Positions 8,845-17,967 of a stretch of 64,000 nucleotides of DNA are shown here, piece by piece. The DNA is from a virus: positions 1 to 64,000 of IMG/VR virus record IMGVR_UViG_3300027973_000044. One strand, 5' to 3'. Position numbers and translations under genes: made by a program. The notes below the pieces were generated by a model. It had not been told where the DNA came from. It worked only from the letters and a program-made list of their open reading frames with translations, and searched no databases. Position 1 is the first letter of the stretch; each line of letters opens with the position of its first letter.

Positions 8845-9707
8845 ATACAGTCTTATTGCTTGGCAAAGGATATATCGGGAACGGGTTAGAGCAGTATTTA
8901 AATTCAAAAAAAATTGCCGTTGAATCGCTTTCAAGATCGACGCTTGATTATACTGATCCAATCACGCTACAAAAATTTCTAGAAGAGCGTAGAGGTAAGT
9001 ACGAAATTGTTATAAATTGTGCTGGGTTTACAGGTGCACCTAACGTTGATGGTTGTGAGCTCAAGAAACAAGACTGCTGGTTTTGGAATGTAATTGTCCC
9101 ACGCAATGTGGTATTATCAGCAAATATGTTTGAACTGCCAGTATTACAGATTAATAGTGGTTGCATCTACACGGGGTATGAGAAAGAGTTTACTGAAGAA
9201 GACGAGCCAAATTTTGGATTGTTTAGCAACGAAAGTAGCTTTTATAGCAAATGTAAACATGCATGTGAAACAATTTTTCAAAATTGTTATGCATATAGTC
9301 TTCGTATAAGAATGCCGTTTGATAGTACCCCGCACAGAAAAAACTACCTGAACAAAATCTTTGCTTATAACAATCTTATTAGCGAACAAAACAGCTTAAC
9401 AAGTGTTGAGGATATGTATGAATTTATTATGAAATTTCTCTTCCTTAGAAAAGGCATTCACCCGGGGCCAATCAACGTAGTTAATACAGGGTCAATCAAT
9501 GCAAAGGAGATTGTCGAGATGATGCGTAAGCAAGGAATTAATAATCCTAATTGGAATTTTATTGACACAACAAATCTGAAGACGCAGGCTCGCAGGAGTA
9601 ATTGTGTTCTTAGTACAGATAAGATTAGGGCATACAACTTACAATTGCCATCGGTACATGAATCCCTTGAAAGAGATATATCGAAGCTTGCTACTTACCT
9701 TCAATAA
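8841..9707 (+). CDS. RmlD-like / NDP-sugar 3,5-epimerase-4-reductase (extended SDR)
   Basis: GKGYIG Rossmann motif, INCAGFTGAPNVDGCE, SGCIY, YSKCK (YxxxK), LRIRMPF, RSNCVLS. Confidence 0.85.
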   Translation: MNTVLLLGKGYIGNGLEQYLNSKKIAVESLSRSTLDYTDPITLQKFLEERRGKYEIVINCAGFTGAPNVDGCELKKQDCWFWNVIVPRNVVLSANMFELPVLQINSGCIYTGYEKEFTEEDEPNFGLFSNESSFYSKCKHACETIFQNCYAYSLRIRMPFDSTPHRKNYLNKIFAYNNLISEQNSLTSVEDMYEFIMKFLFLRKGIHPGPINVVNTGSINAKEIVEMMRKQGINNPNWNFIDTTNLKTQARRSNCVLSTDKIRAYNLQLPSVHESLERDISKLATYLQ

Positions 9708-10014
9708 GCTGTCAAAGCCTGTTGAATGCGGCGTGTATGCCGTAGAACATGGTGACTTTGTTGGCGAATTCTTTGTTTATATCAGAACGCAACCCAACGA
9801 CAGTTATGATTTTTTGAGTTTACCAAAAATGCTCTCCAGAAATGTACCGGCAGAGTCCTTTACTGCAGGAATAAAAAATAAGATCATATGTTTTGTCGAA
9901 AAGCTGCCGAGACCGATACACCAGCTCTGCGTTAAACAGTTTGATAATAAAGTGCCTAGAACACCTTTAACAGTGCATAGCTTAAAGAAGAACCACATTA
10001 AACAAAATTATTGA
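9658..10014 (+). CDS. Hypothetical protein
   Basis: ORF 9604-10014, probable start ATG 9658. Confidence 0.55.
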   Translation: MNPLKEIYRSLLLTFNKLSKPVECGVYAVEHGDFVGEFFVYIRTQPNDSYDFLSLPKMLSRNVPAESFTAGIKNKIICFVEKLPRPIHQLCVKQFDNKVPRTPLTVHSLKKNHIKQNY

Positions 10015-10033
10015 TTGAATTATCTAGATTTGA

Positions 10034-10041
10034 TATAAATA
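10034..10041 (+). promoter_or_regulatory. Late promoter TATAAATA
   Basis: Exact motif six nt before ATG 10048. Confidence 0.7.
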
Positions 10042-10047
10042 ACATAT

Positions 10048-10239
10048 ATGGAATTTGTAAGACCAGTTCAGATTACTAGCCCAATAAGTGGACAACCTGT
10101 GCAACCTAAAATTGTAGAGCGTATTTACCAAGGAAAAATATATAAAGAATGTCACTGGATTGACCCGGCTAGCGGAACCTTCATCCGCAAAGGACTTGTT
10201 AGTGTTGAAGATGTTGGCACATCTGAAAAAAAAGATTGA
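10048..10239 (+). CDS. Small hypothetical late protein
   Basis: 63 aa with its own late promoter; SPISG..., WIDPASGTFIRKG. Confidence 0.65.
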   Translation: MEFVRPVQITSPISGQPVQPKIVERIYQGKIYKECHWIDPASGTFIRKGLVSVEDVGTSEKKD

Positions 10240-10263
10240 TTAGCCCGTATATTCCTGTATTAT
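10236..10263 (+). promoter_or_regulatory. Sigma70-like early promoter of primase
   Basis: TTGATT-N16-TATTAT, GTG 10270 six nt downstream. Confidence 0.55.
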
Positions 10264-10269
10264 AAGTAA

Positions 10270-11295
10270 GTGCTGCTATCAGAAGACTATATTGTATCGA
10301 AGTTCTATCAATACGCAGGTTACCCCAAGTATAATAGACTCTCCAAAGCATATAATGGGTGCTGTCCAACATGTAGAGAAGGATCTTCATGGGGTAAGAA
10401 GAGAAGACTATATTTTGTTACACGAAAGAATTTAATTTTCTGTCATAACTGCGGCATAAGCATGCGACCTGCAAAATGGATTCAAAAAGTATCTAATCTA
10501 ACTTACCCGGAGATCTTAAAAGAGAATAGCGAGTTTCAACCTGAAATATTAAATGTTGTGCAGGTATCTCTTCCTGAAAAGCCTGTGGTTGTGGAGAGCT
10601 TACCAACAGATTCTATAAACCTATTTGATAAGGCTCAGACAGATTATTATAAAGATAATATTCATATAAAAGCGGCACTTGAGTTAATTAAGAAACGTAG
10701 ACTAGACACTGCAGTTAACCATCCCAAAACTCTCTGGATGAGCCTGTCAGACCCAGTTCATAAAAATAGACTAGTAATTCCTTTCTATGACGATTCTGAT
10801 AAAATTATACATTATCAATCTCGCACTGTGCTTGAATCTAAGTATAAAAAACTTCCAAAATATCTATCAAAACAAAATAGTGAAAAGGGCTTGTTTGGTG
10901 TCAATCAAGTGGATGCTTCAGCAAAATATTTATTTGCAACAGAAGGGCCAATTGATGCGTTTTTTCTCAAGAATGGTGTTGCAGTAGCTGGTATCACAGA
11001 AGGCCGTGGTGCACTCCTAACAGATAAGCAGCGCGAACAATTGAAAGCATTTCCGTTGCATGAAGTAATCTGGGTACTGGACAATCAATGGATTGATCGA
11101 GCCAGTAAAAATAAAACTAATATTCTAGCCAAACAAGGTTATAAAGTTTTTATATGGCCGGAGAAATTAAAAGGGTTTAAAGATTTGAATGAGGTGTGCA
11201 TTGCACATAAACTAGACGCAATATCAGATAAGTTTATTCTTAAGAATGTATACTCTGACGTAAAAGCGCGATTACTATTATCTCAAATTTCTTAG
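10270..11295 (+). CDS. gp61: DNA primase (T4 gp61-like)
   Basis: Zn finger CPTC...CHNC, RLVIPFY, YQSR, TOPRIM TEGPIDA, LDN, KDLNE. Confidence 0.92.
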   Translation: MLLSEDYIVSKFYQYAGYPKYNRLSKAYNGCCPTCREGSSWGKKRRLYFVTRKNLIFCHNCGISMRPAKWIQKVSNLTYPEILKENSEFQPEILNVVQVSLPEKPVVVESLPTDSINLFDKAQTDYYKDNIHIKAALELIKKRRLDTAVNHPKTLWMSLSDPVHKNRLVIPFYDDSDKIIHYQSRTVLESKYKKLPKYLSKQNSEKGLFGVNQVDASAKYLFATEGPIDAFFLKNGVAVAGITEGRGALLTDKQREQLKAFPLHEVIWVLDNQWIDRASKNKTNILAKQGYKVFIWPEKLKGFKDLNEVCIAHKLDAISDKFILKNVYSDVKARLLLSQIS

Positions 11296-11708
11296 GCTTC
11301 GTCGCCAGAAATTAGATAACCTTTGAGCGATTCGTTTAGTGAGCTGAGCTCCATTGCAACACGAGCAAGTCTCTTCTTTTCACTATTAGAGATTTTTTCA
11401 AACAAGGTATTGCAGCTGCTAGCAGCCAATTGCGATTGAATGCTGTTACCATCAACACCGTTGATAAAATTAATAAATCTGCCAATCTCTTCAATCCATG
11501 TTGCAAGAGTTTTCTTTTGAGCTGCATTGTGTGCACCAATGGCTTGGTCAACTTGTTGTGGCACTTCTGTGTCTAGAGCTGCAGGATCTGTACCTTTATC
11601 GAGTTGTGCTGCCATGGCCTGTGCATCTGTTGGCTGTGCTTCTGCGGCGGGTGCTTGTGGTTCATCAGCCTCTAAAATGTGTAAAAACCGTTTCTCGAAT
11701 AGACTCAT
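11292..11708 (-). CDS. Hypothetical late protein, possible internal head protein
   Basis: 138 aa; TATAAATA at 11721-11728 and AATAAATA at 11714-11721 (minus); N-terminus MSLFEKRFLHILEADE. Confidence 0.65.
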   Translation of the reverse strand: MSLFEKRFLHILEADEPQAPAAEAQPTDAQAMAAQLDKGTDPAALDTEVPQQVDQAIGAHNAAQKKTLATWIEEIGRFINFINGVDGNSIQSQLAASSCNTLFEKISNSEKKRLARVAMELSSLNESLKGYLISGDEA

Positions 11709-11761
11709 ATGGATATTTATTATTTATATGTTTATTTTACCTATTCCCATTAAATATATAT

Positions 11762-12136
11762 GTGAAGAAAAAGTATAGTGTGCTTAACGAAGACTCAAAA
11801 ATGCTTTATAATAAATGGGTTAGAGGTATAGCCACACGTGAGCTTCAGCCGGAAGTTATAACAGTTGACGATATTGTAAATCGTTTCAGAAATAACAACT
11901 CACAAGCCAGTCCCATTTACCCTTACCCCCTGGATAAAATGATGGATTTTATAGGTGACATATTCGTTAAATGTGCAGATCTTCGCAGAACACTTGCCAT
12001 GAGCGTTAGCAACCCCCTCATAAAAGACAAGGCCGACAAGATACAAGCTGTCAGAAAATTGAACGACAAGATACAGAAGATGCAGGAGCAGCTGTTCTCT
12101 TGTACTGAAGAGTTAAACAAAATAGTTGAAAAATAA
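11762..12136 (+). CDS. Hypothetical late protein
   Basis: 3' part of ORF 11498-12136; GTG 11762 lies five nt after ATTAAATA (11749-11756). Confidence 0.6.
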   Translation: MKKKYSVLNEDSKMLYNKWVRGIATRELQPEVITVDDIVNRFRNNNSQASPIYPYPLDKMMDFIGDIFVKCADLRRTLAMSVSNPLIKDKADKIQAVRKLNDKIQKMQEQLFSCTEELNKIVEK

Positions 12137-12159
12137 CGTATTGTAGTTTAATATTATAC

Positions 12160-12576
12160 ATGTTTAAAAGACTAGCGCAGAGCCTGTCAATTACTTTTGC
12201 TGTCAGCACGGTATTTGCTTGGCCGTTTGTGTACCTGGGTGTAAGCTTCATAAGTGGGTTTGCCTTTTTTACAATTCTACAGTTTGTTGGTTTTTATTTT
12301 TATAGTGAGCATGTGAAACGCAGAGTGATGATTGAAGAGCAAAAGATAATTGCCATGCGAGAAGCAGAATTAAGTAAGCAAGGAGCAGAAGTAGTCTGCC
12401 CATGTGACCGCAATGTAAGGGCGTTCGTACCCATTCTACTCAATGGCAGAAACGAGTACACATGCCCTGGCTGCAGCAAAGAAATTAATGTTGCCGTAAA
12501 CTTGAAAACGGCATTAATTACAACCCCCATTCTCGAAGATACCGACACAGTGATAAAGAATAACTTATTACAATAA
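12160..12576 (+). CDS. Membrane protein with two TM helices and a C-terminal Zn ribbon
   Basis: Hydrophobic N-terminal ~45 aa, then CPC...CPGC; TTGAAA-N17-TAATAT promoter upstream (12126-12154). Confidence 0.65.
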   Translation: MFKRLAQSLSITFAVSTVFAWPFVYLGVSFISGFAFFTILQFVGFYFYSEHVKRRVMIEEQKIIAMREAELSKQGAEVVCPCDRNVRAFVPILLNGRNEYTCPGCSKEINVAVNLKTALITTPILEDTDTVIKNNLLQ

Positions 12577-12577
12577 T

Positions 12578-12976
12578 ATGGAAGTTGAAATCATAACAGT
12601 ACCAGCAAGCCAGATTATGCCAGTATCTGGCTATGTTGCGCCACCTTCATATGCACGAGTAAAAGAAGAAGTGGAAGCTTTCTTCTTCTCCAAAGGTGCT
12701 CTAGCATATAAAATATACAAAAACGCTTACACAAGCTCTCTAGCAGATTCTGCTTCACCTGATGCATTTGTTGATGACTTTTTTACAGCTTTGGAGAATT
12801 CCATTAGACAACAGGTAAAAGAGAAGAATAATAGTGCCGAGCAATCCATTGTAATTAAAGAAGCTTTTAATATGCTGAGGAGTACTTTTGCGCTTCTACA
12901 CAATGCAGGCGTGCATTTCGACCCGCTGACCTTTTACGGCACACTTGTCGCCTTTGTTCTCAGTAAATTCAAATAA
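12578..12976 (+). CDS. Hypothetical protein
   Basis: 132 aa ORF directly following the previous gene. Confidence 0.6.
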   Translation: MEVEIITVPASQIMPVSGYVAPPSYARVKEEVEAFFFSKGALAYKIYKNAYTSSLADSASPDAFVDDFFTALENSIRQQVKEKNNSAEQSIVIKEAFNMLRSTFALLHNAGVHFDPLTFYGTLVAFVLSKFK

Positions 12977-13016
12977 ACTAGTTGCACAGTTTAAGAAAAG
13001 CTAATATATTAGCTGT

Positions 13017-13385
13017 ATGACAAATAAAGAAACTGTAACGATTCAAACCAAGAACGGGGATGTGAACATGAAGCGGATGGAATATGCAAGATGGCTCTGT
13101 TTACTGGAGGCCCTAGATTTAGTCAATAGAAAAGCACAAGAGCTAAGAGCTGATTTAAATTCTGACGATTTTTGGGTTAAACCATTATCTTTTCAGAAGT
13201 ATATTGATCAGAGACTTGAAACCATGGTTATTGATATTGACCGGGAAGAGTTCAATATGAGCATTGGTGCTTCAATTCAAGCCAATAAAGATCTGTTTAA
13301 GAAGCCAGAGGAAGTTGAAGAAGTAGAGGAAGAAGAGGACATTGAGGTAGGATCAGAAGCTTGGGAGCCGCTAACTCCCAATTAA
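13017..13385 (+). CDS. Hypothetical protein with acidic C-terminal tail
   Basis: 122 aa; TTGCAC-N17-TATATT upstream (12982-13010); EEVEEVEEEED tail. Confidence 0.65.
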   Translation: MTNKETVTIQTKNGDVNMKRMEYARWLCLLEALDLVNRKAQELRADLNSDDFWVKPLSFQKYIDQRLETMVIDIDREEFNMSIGASIQANKDLFKKPEEVEEVEEEEDIEVGSEAWEPLTPN

Positions 13386-14134
13386 TAGTAACCACCGTAA
13401 ATTTCTGTATTATTAATTGACATATCAAATACAGTGTTGACGCTTGCAGTATCTGCACTGCCCGGGTAGCTACTGGGACGTAAGCCAAAGGTTGTGTCGC
13501 TACTAATGGAACTTGTGATGGTACCATAGCGAACATCATCATGCACCTGAGCACTACCGCGTTCCGGTGTGATGTTGGGTTCAAATGAATAATCAAAGCG
13601 CTTAGCTTTCAATAACCAGACATAATGACCCATCAAGGGGTTAATTTCTGAGTTTTCTTGATCCAGGCGTTCTGTTATTTCGTAAAGCTTACCATTTCTT
13701 TCCCCAGGTCTGTCGCTGCCGTATTCAGTTAACTGGAACACGTCACCAGATTTGGGTTCATCTTCGGGTGGAAATACTGCATAGAAAGAACTGATATGCA
13801 TGTAAGCTGTACACTGCTCATCACTCATGTATCCAAATTTGCTCAAGATTAAAGCATTTTCAGATAGCTTTATAGCCATTATCACAGGGCGTGGGTTTTG
13901 AAATCTGGCTGTTGGTTGTTCGCCGTAAATGTTGTCTGCACAGAGTGTGCTGGTAGTGTTTTGATAGTACATGGCTTTTTGACCATACATATCAATCTGT
14001 TCTCTCCAGTAATTGCTAAAGAGATTTCTTTCACATTCATTATTCTCCTTATCAGTAAAACGCAACGTACTTGTGGTGTACTGCAGAGGGTATTTTCTGA
14101 TACAATTAGAGCCTGTATACTTGTCTACGCTCAT
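13382..14134 (-). CDS. gp14: Neck/head-closure protein (T4 gp14-like)
   Basis: REQIDMYGQ..YY, IYGE, LSKFG..SDE, EPKSGDVF, LYEITE, LKAKRFDYS. Confidence 0.8.
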   Translation of the reverse strand: MSVDKYTGSNCIRKYPLQYTTSTLRFTDKENNECERNLFSNYWREQIDMYGQKAMYYQNTTSTLCADNIYGEQPTARFQNPRPVIMAIKLSENALILSKFGYMSDEQCTAYMHISSFYAVFPPEDEPKSGDVFQLTEYGSDRPGERNGKLYEITERLDQENSEINPLMGHYVWLLKAKRFDYSFEPNITPERGSAQVHDDVRYGTITSSISSDTTFGLRPSSYPGSADTASVNTVFDMSINNTEIYGGYY

Positions 14135-14532
14135 TTTAGTAAAACATATCCGTTAAGAGTGGGATCAAACTTCAATAAAATGCCAGTGTTGCCTAATTTT
14201 TTTGGTTCTTTGGCATTTAACCTGCTTATGCTGAACTGTTTGCAGAGCTTCTGCACTTCATCCTGGCTCAATGCTTTGCGGCCATTTGTTGAAGATTTTA
14301 AGGCATCAAACGATTGAATAGCTTTGGGATCTGGACGATGCATATCAGGTACTGTTTGTGCGTACTTTCTAAATCCCGGATCTTTGATAATCTTTCTATG
14401 TCTCTCTGTAGGTTTAAGGAAATTGGGACCAATATTAGTTGATAATGTACCAGAGTTCCATGTGGTAAATTCAACCATAGACTCAAGCTCTTCATTTAAC
14501 ACCCTATTAAAGATAGTGGAGAAGATATTCAC
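14131..14532 (-). CDS. Hypothetical late protein
   Basis: 133 aa; GTG start five nt after TATAAATA (14538-14545, minus). Confidence 0.65.
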   Translation of the reverse strand: MNIFSTIFNRVLNEELESMVEFTTWNSGTLSTNIGPNFLKPTERHRKIIKDPGFRKYAQTVPDMHRPDPKAIQSFDALKSSTNGRKALSQDEVQKLCKQFSISRLNAKEPKKLGNTGILLKFDPTLNGYVLLK

Positions 14533-14544
14533 AGTATTATTTAT

Positions 14545-14574
14545 AAAAAAAAAGCCGTCATTAAGACGGCTTTT
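14545..14574 (-). terminator. Rho-independent terminator (possibly bidirectional)
   Basis: AAAAGCCGTC-ATTAA-GACGGCTTTT hairpin; on the minus strand followed by a T9 run, downstream of gene 14599-15543. Confidence 0.8.
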
Positions 14575-14598
14575 AAAAATTGATTTTTTTAAATTAGC

Positions 14599-15543
14599 TT
14601 ATTGAAAGAAGCTTTGGTCGCCTTTTCCGCCACCCTTAATGACACCGCTAACAACGTTAGCTTTGCCTTTAACAGGTGTTGGTGCACCACCTTTGACACC
14701 AGAACCAACTAGTGCGTGGCCTTTGTCACCATCATTGCCAACTTTATCTGTAACCTTGCCGTCGCCACCTTTACCGTGACCAGCTTTTGTTACTGTGGAG
14801 TGAACCTTGTTATTCTTGCTTGTTAAGGCTTGGCCTTTGCTGTCTGGGAGCTCTTCAATTGCTGTGGCTTCACCAGCAACTTCGGCAACTTCAGCATTTT
14901 GAATTTCATCTTCTTCACCAGCATCTCCGCCGAGATCTTCACCGCCAAGATCCTCTTCACCCTTGTCTTCGACTTCAGCGCCGAGAACATTCATGAGCAT
15001 GTCATGTAGCTTTTGTGCGACATCACGAGGAAGGGTCAGAGTTACCTCATCACCACCTTCCACTTTATCGCCGGCTACATCACCAGCTTCACCTTCGGGA
15101 CCAGCTTGGATGCCAAGATCCAAGGCGTCGTCCTTCATTACATCTTCGTATAGTTTATCAAAAATTGATTTGCTCATACCATTATTTATATCCTCTGCTT
15201 CTGTTTTTTCAAGGGCTGAAGAAAATTTTTGTGGTGTATAATGATTGTCTTCCTTGGCTTTTTTAGGATCAATAGCATTCTTGTTGAACCCACTAGCAGC
15301 TGCGGGGCCAGAATCCTTATGAACAAAAGCTTTTGCATCAGATCCCTTGGCTGTAATCTTCTTTACATCAATTTTCTTGTCTTTTGCCTCAGGGAAGAAT
15401 GGTAGCTTTGCGCCAGCCTTTTCTTCAACAACATCTGTGGGTTTCTCTGCAGTAACTTCTGTAGCTTTTGCCTTTTCATTGGCTGCTTGCTTCATGGAAG
15501 CGTAAACTGCACCTATATCTTTGATACTATTAACTCTTGTCAT
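14599..15543 (-). CDS. Low-complexity (G/K/D/E-rich) late protein, possible head/internal protein
   Basis: 314 aa; TATAAATA at 15551-15558; second in-frame promoter and ATG inside the gene (15183-15190 / 15177). Confidence 0.7.
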   Translation of the reverse strand: MTRVNSIKDIGAVYASMKQAANEKAKATEVTAEKPTDVVEEKAGAKLPFFPEAKDKKIDVKKITAKGSDAKAFVHKDSGPAAASGFNKNAIDPKKAKEDNHYTPQKFSSALEKTEAEDINNGMSKSIFDKLYEDVMKDDALDLGIQAGPEGEAGDVAGDKVEGGDEVTLTLPRDVAQKLHDMLMNVLGAEVEDKGEEDLGGEDLGGDAGEEDEIQNAEVAEVAGEATAIEELPDSKGQALTSKNNKVHSTVTKAGHGKGGDGKVTDKVGNDGDKGHALVGSGVKGGAPTPVKGKANVVSGVIKGGGKGDQSFFQ

Positions 15544-15550
15544 ATATATG

Positions 15551-15572
15551 TATTTATACTAATTGATAAATA
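15551..15572. promoter_or_regulatory. Back-to-back divergent late promoters
   Basis: TATAAATA on minus (15551-15558) and GATAAATA on plus (15565-15572, five nt before ATG 15578). Confidence 0.65.
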
Positions 15573-15577
15573 AAAAT

Positions 15578-17284
15578 ATGGCAGACAAGGAAAAATATTA
15601 TCTCGGCAATGAGAGACTGCCCACTCTGGATACCAAGTTTGAGTATACACCAGAGATGATCAGCGAGATAAAGAAATGTAAGAAAAATCTTCTACATTTT
15701 GCAGAAAACTACTTCTTTATCATTAACTTAGATAGGGGAAAAGAGAAGATCAAGCTGTACTCATGTCAAAAACGTGTTCTGAGAAATCTTCGCGACAATC
15801 GATTTATCATATTGTTGTCCAGTCGTCAGAGTGGAAAAACGACACAAATGACAATATATTGTTTGTGGAACGCATGCTTCAATGAAGACCAGCGCATATT
15901 GATTGTGGCAAACAAAGAGCAGACTGCAAAAAATATTTTTAAGAGGGTCAGATTGGCTTATGAAATGTTGCCGAACTTCTTGAAACCTGGTGTGGTGGAG
16001 TATGGGCAGACAAGCATGACACTGACAAATGGGAGTAGCATTGGAATTAGTACAACCAGCAGTGATGCAGGCAGAGGTGATAGTTGCAACTGTCTTGTGT
16101 TGGATGAGTTGGCCTTTATTGATACACACATTGTGGAGAAGTTTTGGGAATCTGTTTATCCTATCATTAGTAGTTCCAAGAAAAGTAAAATTTTTATTGC
16201 AAGCACACCCAACGGTACAGATAATTTGTTTTATCGTCTCTACAAAGGCGCAGAAGAGGGAGACAATAATTGGAAAGCAGAACGAATTGATTGGTGGGAA
16301 ATTCCTGGTCGTGATGAAAAATGGAAAAATGACACAATTAAGACTCTAGGCAGCACGGAAACTTTTGCTCAAGAATTTGGTAATGAATTTTTACATGGTG
16401 GGGAAAGCTCGATCAACGAGTCACTTTACAATACTGCGCTGCGTGACTGTAGAGAACCAGAATTTGTTTTTGATAATGGAAAATATCTGGTGTGGGAAGA
16501 GCCAAAAGAAAATAGATTGTATGCTGCAGGGGTGGACATTAGTGAAGGTGTAAATGAAGCTGCAAGTGTGGTTCAGATTTTAGATATTACCGATCTAACC
16601 AATATTGAACAAGTTGCTGTGTATCACACTCGTGACACAGCTCCATTTGCATTTACTACAAAACTTCTGGAGATTTTGAATCAATGGGGAAGACCGCCAG
16701 TGTGTATCGAGCGAAACAGCTGTGGTGCACAAGTTGTGGAGCAATTGAAATTTACACATGGTTACGAAAATATTGTTTCTTGGGGAGCTAAAGCTGGGGA
16801 TAAAACAGAATTTAAGCGCATTGGCATTTTATCACATACAAACACCAAATATAGAGGCATCACCAATATGCGTTACTGGATCAATGAACTCAAAGTATTT
16901 AAATTTCGTGATATCAACACACTCAAGGAATTCAAAAGTTTCATTCGATATCCAAACAATACATGGGGGGCCCGGCCAGGGAGTGATAGTTGGGATGACC
17001 GCGTCATGTCTTTGGTGTGGGCATTAATTATCCTTGAAAATGAAATCTGTAGCAGATATTATGATGTTATAAAATTGGATGATTGTGATCGACCTCAAGT
17101 GATTAAACCTCTCGATTATGGTATTCGCGGTGTGGTGAGTCCCTTTAGTGTATATTCAAACGAAAAAAATACTGGCATGGAGACTGTGCTCCCTACATTA
17201 TTTGACGGAGAAACTGCAGAAGATGAAATTGAGACTTTGAAGGAGCAGGGCTGGAAGATGCCTGAAGATCCTTTCACAAGATAA
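15578..17284 (+). CDS. gp17: Terminase large subunit (T4 gp17-like)
   Basis: SRQSGKTT Walker A, ANK, LVLDELAF Walker B, STPNG, QEFGNEF, GVDISEG, IERNSCG, DDRVMS nuclease motif. Confidence 0.95.
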   Translation: MADKEKYYLGNERLPTLDTKFEYTPEMISEIKKCKKNLLHFAENYFFIINLDRGKEKIKLYSCQKRVLRNLRDNRFIILLSSRQSGKTTQMTIYCLWNACFNEDQRILIVANKEQTAKNIFKRVRLAYEMLPNFLKPGVVEYGQTSMTLTNGSSIGISTTSSDAGRGDSCNCLVLDELAFIDTHIVEKFWESVYPIISSSKKSKIFIASTPNGTDNLFYRLYKGAEEGDNNWKAERIDWWEIPGRDEKWKNDTIKTLGSTETFAQEFGNEFLHGGESSINESLYNTALRDCREPEFVFDNGKYLVWEEPKENRLYAAGVDISEGVNEAASVVQILDITDLTNIEQVAVYHTRDTAPFAFTTKLLEILNQWGRPPVCIERNSCGAQVVEQLKFTHGYENIVSWGAKAGDKTEFKRIGILSHTNTKYRGITNMRYWINELKVFKFRDINTLKEFKSFIRYPNNTWGARPGSDSWDDRVMSLVWALIILENEICSRYYDVIKLDDCDRPQVIKPLDYGIRGVVSPFSVYSNEKNTGMETVLPTLFDGETAEDEIETLKEQGWKMPEDPFTR

Positions 17285-17291
17285 ATAACAT

Positions 17292-17879
17292 ATGGCAACC
17301 CCGGTAAACCAAACACCAGTTTTTCAGAGTCCCCTCAACAAGCAGAGGCGGGATAAATTTATATGTGTCTTAACAATACCCAATGTATTGAGAGATGATG
17401 TACGAGCCATAACGAGAAGAAATTCTTCAATTAATTTTGATGCACTACAATTCAGTATATTTGGGGCTGTTGCGCCACCTGTTGAAATACCCCCTGTACA
17501 GATACCATTTTCTGGTCAAACACTCAAGGTCACCTCATACAATAGACCTTCTTTTCCAAGTCTCAAGATAGATTTTACTGTAGACAATCAATTCAACAAT
17601 TATTGGGTCATATACAAATGGCTTGAAGTGTTCAATAATCCCACAATAGGGGTGTTTAGCCCCACTGATCCTGTTGCAGATTCTAGAGCAAATGAATACA
17701 TGACAAATATTACCATATTTGGTTTAGATGAATACAATGAAAAGACAATACAGTTTGACTATATTCGGGCATTTCCAACCACACTTGAAGGTATAAATTA
17801 TAGTGATCGAGATAGTGGCGAGATGGAGTGTAGCTTTCAATTTGCATATCATCAGCTAAAAGTGACACTATTATCATAA
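17292..17879 (+). CDS. gp3: Tail tube terminator / sheath stabiliser (T4 gp3-like)
   Basis: LKIDFTVDNQFNNYWVIYKWL and AFPTTLEGINYS...FQFAY match the gp3 pattern; GATAAATA at 17280-17287. Confidence 0.7.
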   Translation: MATPVNQTPVFQSPLNKQRRDKFICVLTIPNVLRDDVRAITRRNSSINFDALQFSIFGAVAPPVEIPPVQIPFSGQTLKVTSYNRPSFPSLKIDFTVDNQFNNYWVIYKWLEVFNNPTIGVFSPTDPVADSRANEYMTNITIFGLDEYNEKTIQFDYIRAFPTTLEGINYSDRDSGEMECSFQFAYHQLKVTLLS

Positions 17880-17914
17880 AAATTATTTTTTTAGTAAAAG
17901 TTAGGTACGACAGA

Positions 17915-17922
17915 TATAAATA
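17915..17922 (+). promoter_or_regulatory. Late promoter of the sheath operon
   Basis: Exact TATAAATA; GGAGGT SD at 17952-17957. Confidence 0.7.
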
Positions 17923-17967
17923 TAAACGATATGAGTCAAATTTTCCCTGTTGGAGGTACTAGATAAA

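Noticed and set aside
11498-11761. 5' extension of ORF 11498-12136
   Set aside because: It overlaps the minus-strand gene 11292-11708 and its promoter; GTG 11762 after a late box is the more plausible start
15578-17284. Intein or intron in terminase, helicase or primase
   Set aside because: Lengths are normal, motifs are contiguous and no splicing or homing-endonuclease motifs are seen
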